From assembly GCF_009914755.1 (NCBI RefSeq), contig NC_060935.1: DNA of 64,000 bases. One strand, written 5' to 3'. This stretch comes from the human T2T-CHM13v2.0 reference genome, Homo sapiens. Below the pieces are notes generated by a model. That model did not search any database. It was not told where the DNA came from and worked only from the letters and a program-made list of their open reading frames with translations. Positions 15,071 through 27,121 of the stretch are shown piece by piece. The position numbers and the translations under genes were made by a program. Within the stretch, counting starts at the first letter, position 1, and the number at the start of each line of letters is the position of its first letter.

Positions 15071-15796
15071 AAATACAGAAGTTTCAAAGCCCTCATGGAA
15101 TTCCTGTTCCACTTAGATAAGTTATAAAATCATCAAAGTATTTTAAAGATCTAATTGTTTATATTAACACCCCTCTTTTAGCTCAAGTAAAATAATATTA
15201 GTAATTACCATTTATTGGCAGCATACTATTTACTCAGAGCTTACTAAGTTCTTGGAGACTGAATAACTAAAAATTCATGGCCTGGGTATTAATTTTAGTA
15301 AGCAAACAATTACTGATATTTATTTATCACAAAATAATTGTCATCGGAAGGACTCAGAGCAGCTTCGCATTCCATGAAAAAAATGTTCTTTCTATCTTCC
15401 CAGCTGAATCCTTTTGCAAATTGTGGATTAGTTTTGCTCCCCGATCATGGCATCTGTCACCATGGGTAATAAGAGCACTTTCATTATTTACCTAAGAATT
15501 TAGAAATATACCTTCATAATAACCTGGAAGGCAAAGTGTCAGCAACACTGGCTCTGATACCAATGCTGCCTCTTACATGTTTTGCAACCTTTTGTAGCTC
15601 ATGAACCCCTATGGTCTCATTTTCTCCACCTGAAATCTAGAATAGTAACATTATTTGCTACTTCTAGGATAGTACATTTAGAGGCTGTATGTGAAGACAA
15701 GCTGAAGCCTGTAAAAAGTTAACATAGAGAAGAGAGAGTCCTCAGGGAAATGCTTTCTCTCTTTTTTTTTCTTTTTTTTTCCCAGTCTTAAAGAGG

Positions 15797-18700
15797 CTTT
15801 CATAGCCAGGTGAACCAGCTGCCACCAAGGGACCAAGATGACTGGTGCACTCCCAACAGATCTTCGGAGGGAAGGCACCAAGAGTGGACGGAGGGAAGAC
15901 ACAGAAGCTGGATTGAAGTGGGAGGAAGCTGGGAACCGTGCATTGGGCTATCATGCACCAGGACTCATTCCTGGCCCCCAAGAACCTCGAGGGAATGGGT
16001 GAGTGGAACCAGTGAGGAGAAACTCACTCTTGCCATAGGCCTCTGGAATCCCAGCGGGAGGAGACACCTCAAACACCACAGACACTTGAGTTGGCAGGCA
16101 GAGCTGCTTAGAGAAGTGATAGGAGCATCATGCCAGTGGAGGCAGGGCCTACAGGGTTTGGTGTGGGAGCATCTGTAGCAGAACACAGCCAGGGAAGCCC
16201 ATCTTCCTAGGCGCAACTTGCTCCCATAGGAGACTTTAGCTCTGGGGGAATTGTCTCGGACCTGAACTCTGCAGCAACGTCTTGCCCGTAAGACTGTCAA
16301 TAAGACCTAAGCACCCATTGGATTGATGGCCTCTCCCAGGGCCAAACCTAGCCACACCTGCTTGCAGGGCAGCTAGAGGGTGCCCAGGGGGCTGCATCAT
16401 AGATCCTGCACTGGCTGATGGTGCCCGGCCCTCACTGCCATGCACCATCCTGCCTGCTCCCTCCCCATGCTGCAGCTTACCCTGGGCCCACAGCAACCCC
16501 TGATATGGCTTTGCTGGCACATATGTACCTGGGCAGGTTTTGCCTTCCTTGCCCCACACGTGTATGTGTGCACCCTGCCCTGTCACTGATGGGGTGGGAG
16601 TGCACTCCCCTCTCCCTCCTGGACTGTCACTGTAGTAGAGCCTTGGCAGGCACAGAGCCAACCAGCCCCCACCATTGCCTACCCCTGGTGCCAACACTAC
16701 CAAGAGAGTGAAACTATGCACAGAGATCAGCGGACCCTCCCCAACCCTGAGTGACTACCCCTACTTGTGGCACACAGAAAACACACAGTCTTGCACCTAC
16801 AAGCACTCCACCCACGTGCTAACACCATCACCAGTGCCACAACAGGCACAGTTGCCAGCAGCACCCCCCTCCACTATCACCATGAGCCATGCTGCCTTCA
16901 CCACTGTGGTGAATGCCTGCATGGAGGGAGGCCTGGGCACAGCCAAGGAGTATGTACCCCACCGTGCTGCTGCCACTGCAAATGAGAATGGATCCTGCTG
17001 CTACCGCAGGATGGCTGCTGCCACTTTGGCTGACACCACCCAACAGAATGTAGTGACCAGCAGTCTGGGAGCACCTCGGCTCTTCCAGTGCAGTGGATTT
17101 CCAACCTTGAGGAGCCAGAGAACAAAGTCAGGATCCAGTACAAGTCCCCCAGAGTTAGAGCATGCAGTTCAGGAGTTGGGAGCTAATTCTTTGCCCCCTA
17201 AAATCTTCTAGAAATAATGCCAGTTGGCTGAACCCAACTTAGACCACAACCGAACCCTCGAGGTCATCGAATAGGATAAAAGAAAAAAGAAACCATCCAA
17301 ATGTCAGCAACTTCAAAGATTAAAGGAAGATAAGCCCACAAAGATGAGAAAGAACAAATGCAAGAACTCTGACAACTCAGAAACCCAGAGTGCCTTCTTT
17401 CCTTCAAATGACCGCACTACCTCACCAACAAGGGTACTGAACCAGGCTGAGATGGCTGAAATAACAGAAATAGAATTCAGGTTATCGATAGAAATAAAGA
17501 TCATTGAGATGCAGGAGTACTTTGAAACTTAATCCAAGGAAGCTAAGAACTACTATAAAACAAAACAGGAGCTGACAGAAAAATAACTAGTATAGAAAAG
17601 AATGTCACCAACCTGATAGAGCTGAAAAACACACTACAAGAATTCTGTAATGCAATCACAAGTATTAACAGCAGAATAGACGAAGCAAAGCAAAGAATCT
17701 CAGAGCTTGAAGACTGGCTTTCTGAAATAAGACAGTCAGACAAAAATAGAGAAAAAATAATTAAGAGAAACGAACTTCCAAGAAATATGGGATAATGTAA
17801 ATATGCCAAATCTATGACTCATTGATGCCCCTGAAAGAGATGGGGAGAGTGTAAGCTACTCGGAAAACACATATTTCAGGATATCATCCATGAGAACATC
17901 CCCAACATAGCTAGAGAGGTTAACATTCAAGTTCAGGAAATGCAGAGAATACCAGTAAGATTCTACTTCACAAGGAAATCATCTCCAAGACACATAATCA
18001 TTAGATTCTCTGAGGTTGAAATGAAAGGAAAAATGTTAAAGCCAGCTAGAGAGAAATATCAGGTCATCTACAAAGGGAAGCCCATCAGACTAACAGTGGA
18101 CCTCTCGGCAGAAATGCTACAAACCAGAAGACATTGGGGGCCAATATTAAACATTCTTAAAGAAAATAAATTCCAACCCAATATTTCATATCTGAACAAA
18201 CTAAGCTTCATAAGCAAAAGAGAAATAAGATCCTTTTCAGACAAGCAAATGCTGAAGGAATTCAGTACCACCAGATCTGCCTTAAAAGAGCTCCTGAAGG
18301 AAGCACTAAGGACAGACAGTTACTAGGCACTACAAAAACACACTTAAATACACAGACCAGTGACACTCTTAAGCAAACACACAAACAAATCTGCATAATA
18401 ACCAGGTAATATCATGATGACAAAATCAAACCCACATATATCAATACTAACCTTCAATGTAAATGGTATAAATACCCCAATTAGAAGACACAGAGTGGCA
18501 AGTGGAATAAAGAATCAAGACCCATTGGTATGCTGTCTTCAGTGTCTGCAGTGACACCCATGGGCTCAAAATAAAGAGGTGGAGAAAAATCTATCAAGCA
18601 AATGGAAAACAGAAAAAAGTAGGCATTGGAATCCTAATTTCAGGCAAAACCGACTTTAAACCAACAAGGATCAAAAAAGACAAAGAAGATCATTACATAA

Positions 18701-21700
18701 TGGTAAAAGGTTCAATTCAACAAGAAGACCTAACTATCCTAAATATATATATATGTATCCAATACAGGAGAACCCAGATTCATAAAGCAACTTCTTAGAG
18801 GCCTTCAGAGAGACTTAGACTCACACAATAGTAGTGTGAGACTTCAACACCCCACTGACAGTATTAGACAGATTGCTGAGGCAGAAAATTGACAAAGATA
18901 TTTAGGACATGTACTCAGCACTGGATCAAATGAACCTGGTAGATATGTACAGAACTCTCCACCCAAAAGCAACAGAATATACATTCTTCTCATCACTTTA
19001 TGGCACATAATCTAAAATCGACCACATAATCAAACACAAAACCCTCCTCAGCAAATGCAAAAGAATTGAAATCATAACAACCACTCTCTCAAACCACAGC
19101 ACAAGCAATTAGAAATCAGAAAATCAGAAATTTGCTCAAAACTATACAATTACATGGAAATTGAGTAATCTGCTCCTGAACGAGTTTTGCGTAAATAATG
19201 AAAGTAAGGCAGAAATCAAGAAGTTCTGTGAAATTAATGAGAATAAAGATACAACATACCAGAATCTCTGGTATACAGCTAAGGTAGTGTTAAGAGGGAA
19301 ATTAATAGCACTAAATACATCAAAAAGTTAGAAAGGTCTCAAGTTAAGAATCTAACATCACAACTAAAGAACCAAGAGCAAACTAACCTCAAAGCTAGCA
19401 GAAGACAGGAAATAACCAAAATCAGAGCTGAACTGAAGGAGACTGAGACACAAAAAAACATTAGAAACAACAACAACAAAAAAAACAGTGAATCAAGGAA
19501 TTGGTTTCTTGAAAAAATTAATAAAATAGACCACTGGCTAGACTAACAAGAAAAGAGAAAAGATCCAAACAAACACAAATAGAAACAACAAAGGAGATAT
19601 TACCACTGGGGGACTTCACAGAAACACAAATAACTATCAGAGAACATTATAAATACTCCTATGCACAAAAATTAGAAAAGCTAGAAAAATGGATATATTA
19701 TTGGACACATACTCCATCCCAAGAAATTGGGAGGAAGGAAGAAATTGAGTCCCTGAACAGACCAATAACAATCTCTGAAATTGAATCATTATTAAATAGC
19801 CTACCAATCAAAAATAAAAAGCCAGAAGGATCCACAGCCAAATTCTACCAAATGTACAAAGAAGAGCTGGTACCATTCCTACTGAAGCGATTCAACAAAA
19901 AGTTTAAAAAATGAGGAGAAAGGACTCCTCCCTTACTCATTCTATGAAGCCAGTATCATACCTAAACCTGGCAGAGACATGACAAAAAAAAAAACCTTCA
20001 GGCCAACATCCTTGATGAACATCAGTGTAAAAATCCTCGCAAAATACTGGCAAACCAAATACAGCAACACATCAAAAAGCTTATTCACCACAATCAAGTA
20101 GGCTTTATCCCTGTAATTCAAGGTTGGTTCAACTTACACAAAACAATAAGTGTGATAAACTTAACAAAAGACAAAAACCACATGATTATCTCAATAGATG
20201 CAGAAAAGGCTTTTGATAAAATTCAACACACCATCATGTTTATAAACTCTCAATAATCTAAGTATGGAAGGAACATACCTCAAAATAATAAGAGCCATCT
20301 ATGAAAACCACAGCCAACATCATATTGAATAGGCAAATTTGGAAACATTTCCCTTGAAATCTGGCATAAGACGTGTGTGCCCTCTCTCACCACTCCTATT
20401 CATAGTACTGGAAATCCTGGCCAGGGCAATCAGGCAACAGAAAGAAATAAAGGTATCTATACAGAAAGAGAAGAAGTCAAACTATCCTTTTTGCAGACAA
20501 CATAATCTTATATCTAGAAAACTTCATAGTCTCAGCCCAAAAGCTCTTTAAGCTGATAAATAACTTCAGCAAAATCTCAGGATAAAAATAATCAGTATAC
20601 CAAAATCACTAGCACTCCTATACATCAACAACAGTCAAGCTGAGAGCCAAATCAGAAACTCGATTCTATTCACAATTGCCACAAAAAGAAAAAAATACCT
20701 ATGAATACAGCTAAAAGATATCTGCAAGGAGAACTACAAAACACTGCTCAAAGAAATCAGAGATGAAACAAATGAAAAAACATTCCATGCTCATGAAGAA
20801 AAACAATAAATGTCATTAAGATAGCCATAATGTCCAAAGCAATTAATAGATTCAGTGCTGTGCCTATCAAACTATTAATGGCATTCTTCACAGAACTATA
20901 GAAAATACTTTAAAATTCATATGAACCAAAAAACAGCCCTAACAGCCACAAATATCCTAAGCAAGAAGAATTGAGGAGAAGGAACTCCCTCTTCTCCAAA
21001 GCTGGAGGCATCATGCTACACAACTTTAAACTATACTATAGGGCAGCAGTAACCAAAACAGCATGGTACCAGTACAAAAACAGACAAATAGACCAGTGGA
21101 ACAGAATAAAAGCCCAGAAATAAAGTGGTACACCTACAACTAGCTGATCTTCAACAAAGCTGACAAAAATAAGCAATAGGAAAAGGATTCCCTATTCAAT
21201 AAATGGTGCTGGGATAACTAGCTAGCCATAAGCAGAAGATTGGAAACAATAGGAAAAGGTCTCCCTATTCAATAAATAGTGCTGGGATAACTAGCTAGTC
21301 ATAAGCACAAGATTGAAAATGGATGCCTTCTTTACACCTTATACAAAAATTAACTCAAGATTAAAGACAAAAATTTAAAACTCAAGACTATAAAAACCCT
21401 GGAAGACAACCTAGGCAATACCATTCTGAACATAGGAATGGGCAAAGATTTCATGCTGAAGATGCCAAAAGCAATTACAACGAAAGCAAAAATTACAAAT
21501 GGGATCTAATTAAACTAAAAAGCTTCTGGACAGCAATAGAAACTATTAACAGAGTAAACAGACAACCTATACAAATGAGAGAAAATATTTGCAAACTATG
21601 CATCTGACAAAGGTCTAATACCCAGCTTCCATAAGAAAACTTAAGCAAATTTATAAGAAAAAGCAAACTACATTAAAAAGTAGGCAAATGACATGAACAC

Positions 21701-22506
21701 TTTTCATAAGAAGACATACATGCAGCCAAAAAGCATATGAAAAAAAGCTCAACATCACTGATCATTAGAGAAATGCAAATCAAAACCACAATGAGATATC
21801 ATTTCACATCCAGTCAGAATGGCTATTGTTAAAAAGTTAAAAAAAAAAAAAAACAGATGCTGGTGAGGTTACGGAGAAAAAGGAATGCTTATGTACTGTT
21901 GGTGGGAGTGTAAATTAGTTCAACCATAGTGCAAAACAGTTTGGTGATTCCTTAAAGACCTCAAAACAGAAATGCCATTCAACTCAGCAATCTCATTACT
22001 GAGTATATACCCAAAGGAATAATTCTATCATAAAGACAAATGCAAGCATATGTTCATTGCAGCACTATTCACATAGAAAAGACATGGAATCAACCGAAAT
22101 GCCCATCAATGGTAGACTGGATAAAGAAAATGTGATACATATACACCATGGGATACTATGCAGCCATAAAAAAGGATGAGATCATATTCTTTGCAGGGAC
22201 ATGGCTGGAGCTGGAGGCCATTACCCTTAGCAAACTGATACAGGATAGAAAACCGAATATTGCATGTTCTCACTTATAAATGAGGGTTAAAAGATGAGAA
22301 CACATGGATACACAGAAGAGAACAACAGGCACTGCATCCTATTGCAAGGTAGAGAATGGGAGGAGAGAGGGGATCAGGAAAAATAACTAATGGGTATTAG
22401 ATCTAATACCTGAGTAACAAAATAATCTGTACAACAAACCCCCATGACATGAGTTTACCTATATAACAAAGCTGCATCTGTAACCTTGAACTTAAAGTAA
22501 AAAAAA
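15797..22506 (+). mobile_element. Near full-length L1PA13-like LINE-1 (disrupted ORF1 ~17344-18326, ORF2 ~18414-22265)
   Basis: GC-rich 5'UTR; ORF1 fragments (MRKNKCKNSDNSE..., HIIIRFSEVEMKGKMLK); ORF2 start; 3'UTR gatcaggaaaaataactaatggg...aaacccccatgacatgag. Many stops and frameshifts. Confidence 0.92.
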
Positions 22507-22995
22507 TTAAGGTATAGTTGGCAGGTAAAAATTATATACATTTATGGTGTACAACTTGATGTTTTAATGTATGTATATACTGTGAAATCATGAAATCAAG
22601 CTAATTAACATATCCATCACCTCATATACTTATCATTCTATGTTGTGAGGACATTTACTATCTAGCCTCTTAGCCATTTTCAAGTATATGAGATATTATT
22701 ACTAACTGTAGCACAGTAGGTCTCCTGAACTTATTAATCCTATATGACTAAATTTTTGTACCTTTTGGCCATCATCTAGCCACTCCCCTGTCCTCACTCT
22801 CATGCCCTGACAACCACCATACTACTCTATGCTTCTATGAGTTTGACTTTTTTAGTTGCCACTTCTAAGTGAAATCATGCAGTGCTCATATTTCTGTGCC
22901 TGCCTTAATTCACTTAGTACGTGTCTTGCAAGCTCATCCATGTTGTCACAAATGATAAGATTTCCTTCTTTTTCAGGGCTGAATAGAATTCCATT

Positions 22996-23035
<40 letters not shown>

Positions 23036-24128
23036 ACACACACATAATATATTTTCTTTATCCATTCATCGATCGATGAGCCCAGGTTGATTCCCCTTAT
23101 TGATTATTGTGAACAATGCTGTAATGACATTGGTCTAGGCAGTGGTTTTTTGTATATGACCCCAAACACAGGCAACAAAAGTACAAATAAATGAGGTGGC
23201 ATCAAAACAAAAAGCTTTTGCACAACCAAAGCAACAGTCAACAGGGTGAAAAGATAATCTATGGAATGGGAAAAAATATTTGTAAACTATCCATCTGACA
23301 AGGAGTATCCAAAATATATAAGAAACACTCAACAGCAAACAACTCAATAGAAAAAAAATCTGATTAAAAAATAGACAAAGTATCTGAATAGACATTTCTC
23401 AAAAGAAGACATACAAATGTCCAACAGATATATAAAAAAAAAATGGTCAAATCACTAATCATCATGGAAATGTAAATTAAAACGCAAACTACAATGAGAA
23501 ACTACCTTACACTGTTGGAATGGCTTTCATCAAAAAGACAACAGATGAGTATTGAAGAGAATGTAGAGAAAAAGGAATCTTTGTATACTAATATGGTTTG
23601 GCTCTGTGTCCCCACCCAAATCTCATCTCAAATTGTAATCCCCATAATCCCCACATGTCAAGGGAAGGATCTGGTGGTGGGTGATTGGATCATGGGAGTG
23701 GTTTCCCCCATACTGTTCTTGTCATAGTGAGTGAGTTCTCACGAGATGTGATGCTTTTATAAGGGGCTCTTCCTTCATTCATTTGCTCTCTCTTGCCTGC
23801 CACCATGTAAGATGTGCCTTTGCTTCTCTCTTGCCTTCTTCCATGATTGTAAGTTTCCTGAGGCCTCCCCAGACATGCAGAACGATGAGTCAGTAAACTT
23901 GATAAATTACCCAGTCAGGTATGTCTTTATAGCAGTGTGAGAATAGAATAATACATACACTGTTGCTGGAAATGTAAATTGGTACAACCGTTATGGAAAA
24001 CAGTATGGTGGTTCCTCAGAAAATTGAAAATAGAGCTCTCATATAATCCTGCAATCCTACCTCTGGATATATATCCAGAGGATATAGAATAAGTATGTCA
24101 AAGAGATAGCTGCACTCCCATGTTCATT
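22507..24128 (-). mobile_element. L1MA8/9-like element with 5' inversion (3' part minus 22507-23127; inverted part plus 23124-24128)
   Basis: L1MA 3'UTR on the minus strand, then ORF2-end sequence on the plus strand; the two pieces are contiguous in the consensus; (CA)n at ~23001-23043. Confidence 0.85.
23589..23955 (+). mobile_element. THE1C/D solo LTR
   Basis: taatatggtttggctctgtgtccccaccc...aataataca; TSD tatac/tacac. Confidence 0.93.
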
Positions 24129-24129
24129 T

Positions 24130-25450
24130 AAGAAGCTTCTTACAGTGGAGAGCAGAGTTTTGATTATTTACCTGTTTCTGAGAATCAATTCTTTATGTGC
24201 AAGTCTTTAAACTTTATTAACAGATTTACTTGTCGGTTTATTTATTGTTTGTTCTATTTAATCATTCCATTAGAAACTATTTATATCTGGCACATTCTTG
24301 TCAGCAACTTTCTTAAAGCTGAAACAGAATTTACCTAATTTATTCCAGTAATTGTTACTAAAGTACAAAGTGTAAAGGAAAAATTCATTGTGTATATTTC
24401 TGTGATGTCATGAATTATTAAAATATAATTATCTGATTGCTTTTGGCATACTTATAACTTCAGTTACCGTGGGTTTAAGATGCTGGTCACATTTATGACG
24501 GCACCCACATATACACACCCTCCTCTCATACATGGAAAACAAAACCTGCTGTTGTTTTCACTGGCCAGTGGGTGTCAGTAATTTGACCTGGAGACTTGGG
24601 GGAAGAAAGGAGGAAAGTGGAAAAGAGGTTCCTTTCTTCAGATGCAGGGAAACAGTTTAAATTTTATTGTTAAAGGATCTGAAAAAACATCGTTTAGGGA
24701 GGGGATGCTGACATTCTGGAAGGGGAGATTTCCCATAAAGGAGGCCACCAGACAGTTGGGCTGCATTTTCTCTCTGTGTGGCTACCTCTTGTTCTTTTTT
24801 GACTGAGTCTCACTCACAGCCCTGTGAATCCTTCGGGCAAGAAGCAACAAGTTGCAGGCTGCTTCTACATCTGCCTAGGAAGAGGGTGTTAGGTGGGAGG
24901 AGGGCAGATGACTCAAGCGTCTCTCTCCTGGACCTTAGTTTCCACCTGTAGACTTTCTTTTAATGTAATCTAGACTCTGTTAGGACCTAGGACCTGAGAC
25001 CAGTCCAACAGGGTCTCCCCCACACTGGGCACTCTCCAAGAGTATGCCTGGCAGTCAGGCTCTGAATGCTGGCATGCTGCCTATTCTGGCCTTTCCCTTT
25101 TGTTGCCCTAAGGGCTGTGTGTTGTGAATCAAATCACTGGGCAACCAAGTACCTTCAAAAACAGCCCCAAGCTCTCTGGAAACTACTTCCTATTCCAGCC
25201 AAAATTGCAGAGAAAGGAGGGCATCAAGCTTAGGGGACCAATCCCTGTCTTTCTACCAGTCCCTGATAACTACTCAAGCTCCCTTTAAAGAGGCTCATAT
25301 TGGAATACTCTGTTGACAAGTAGATACCACTTCACCTCTGCTAGGGTGAGCGCTGGTAGCTCCTCCCTGTTAAATGCCCATCTCAATGCCTCTGCCCTAA
25401 GTGAGTTGTGCAATAAATGAGCTGTCACTCTGAACAGGTGGGAAAGAAGT
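24130..25450 (+). promoter_or_regulatory. Probable BBOX1 promoter region (CpG-poor)
   Basis: Unique sequence just upstream of the putative exon 1. Contains a CTCF-like motif (24562-24580), AP-1 TGACTCA (24909-24915) and C/EBP-like GTTGTGCAAT (25405-25414). No CpG island. Confidence 0.5.
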
Positions 25451-25501
25451 GAACTGCTTGTTCACTTGCTGCTGTTGCCACTGCTGGTACAGAAATAGAA
25501 G
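25300..25501 (+). other. BBOX1: Probable BBOX1 non-coding exon 1 (5' boundary uncertain)
   Basis: Lies in the repeat-free block upstream of the CDS and ends in a strong donor AAG|GTAAGA (25501/25502). BBOX1 is known to have untranslated 5' exons. The TSS cannot be determined from sequence. Confidence 0.55.
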
Positions 25502-25754
25502 GTAAGACAGGTGAGAACTGCTTTTCCTTCTATCAAGAAAGATTCCAAACTGAGGCAATGCTTTGCATTGAGTCCTGGGGTTTTGTGGTTTTGGGAACCA
25601 ACAGTACTCAAAGTATTTTCTCTTGCTAACTGCTTCCCCTCTAGGCCATAAAGCCTCTTTTCTTTCTTTTTTTTTTTTTTTTAAAAAAAACACAGCACAA
25701 AAAAACAAAGACAAAAAACCTCCAAGCTCCCTTCAGTAGTTGCTACACCTTCAG

Positions 25755-25958
25755 ATTGAGACATCCTTCCTCATTTACAAACCTCAGCTGTGTCTGGGGG
25801 CAGGGCCACAGTGAAACTGCCAGGAGCAAAAAGGCTTCCAAGAAAAAGTACCACATCAGATTGGAAACTGGGGACAGATCATTCCTGGGATGTGACGGGC
25901 ACCAGAATGCTCCCTCTCCAAAGGATCTAAGGACCAAAGCTGACAGTTTCTTTACTTG
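25755..25958 (+). other. BBOX1: Probable BBOX1 non-coding exon 2 (acceptor uncertain: 25737, 25755 or 25788)
   Basis: Donor TTG|GTAAGT at 25958/25959; candidate acceptors cccttcag (25736), accttcag (25754), aacctcag (25787). Confidence 0.55.
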
Positions 25959-26829
25959 GTAAGTTTTGGGTGGTTTGCTGTGTAAAGCATATCTGAGAAC
26001 AGGTATGATTGAGCTCATCTTCCTTTTCTCCTTATTGCAAGGGTTTGTGAATTCAAGTCTGTGGACTGAGGTGGTGGGGAGCATCCAATTAGAACTCCAT
26101 TCACATGTAGCTCACAGTCATGTGGGCTGTGCTGGGGATGGTCCATCAAGCATTTAGAATAGGCTTGGTTTTGGAATGCAGTGGATCTGATTGCTTCTTG
26201 GCAGCTTCTCTTTCCCAATTATGTTTGGCTTAGTCTGATAGTCAAATTACTTTATAATCCCTAAGCTGATCCAGAAAGTAAACAGAAGAGACAGAGAGAA
26301 CGCTGTCTAAAAAGAGACTGGGGATGGGGCAAGGAGGATTCTGGTTGGATTTTCAAAATGTTCCCTGAATAATCCACAACCCATCCCAAAGAATGGTGAC
26401 TGCATATGATACCCTAGCTCTTTGTTAAGCTCAAAAAGCTGACTATAACATGCCTCTTTAAAATGCTGGCCAATTAAAGCCACTATGCACATCTTCAATT
26501 GTTTTGTTCCCTTAACGAAGCTCAAGAAGGTATATTACAGGTATGGATTTGATTAAAAACGTAAGGTTTCTCATAATGAATATATGTTCTGGTTTAAATA
26601 ATTTAGAAATTTTCCTAAAATCTAAACCCAGTACTTTGCATTACATCAGAAAACAAAGCCTTGATAATTTGATTTCCAATCTGAAAATGGTGATTCCACT
26701 AAAGTGAAGCTAAAGTTTTCCTTTGTATAATTTACAAATGAAGTGTTTGCATGAAATTTAATGCCTTAAGCAAGACAGGCAGAATTGTGAACCTATTTTA
26801 GAGAATGCACTGGTTTTTCTAATGGCATT

Positions 26830-27121
26830 ATTTTTGTTGTTATTGTTGCTGAGATGGGGTCTTGCTCTGTCATCCAGGCTGGAATGCAGTGATGCAATCA
26901 CAGCCCACTGTAATCTCAAACTCTTGGGTTCAAGCGATTCTCCTGTCTTAACCTCCCAAGTAACTCAGAGTATGTGTATGCACCACCATGCCTGCCTAAT
27001 TTTCTTTTGTAGATATGGGGGTCTCACTATATTGTCCAGGCTGGTCTCAAATTCCTGGCCTCAAACAATCCTTCTGCTCCGGCCTCCCAAAGTGCTGGGA
27101 TTACAGGCCACTGTACCTGGC
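26830..27121 (-). mobile_element. AluJ
   Basis: Diverged dimeric Alu; degenerate TSD ttctaat(g/t)gc. Confidence 0.9.

Noticed and set aside
15810-18326. Cluster of 100-180 aa ORFs on both strands
   Set aside because: GC-rich L1 5'UTR and broken ORF1; no independent gene signals.
25658-25718. T-run followed by A-rich run (hairpin/terminator-like)
   Set aside because: Low-complexity intronic sequence; intrinsic terminators are not relevant to Pol II genes.
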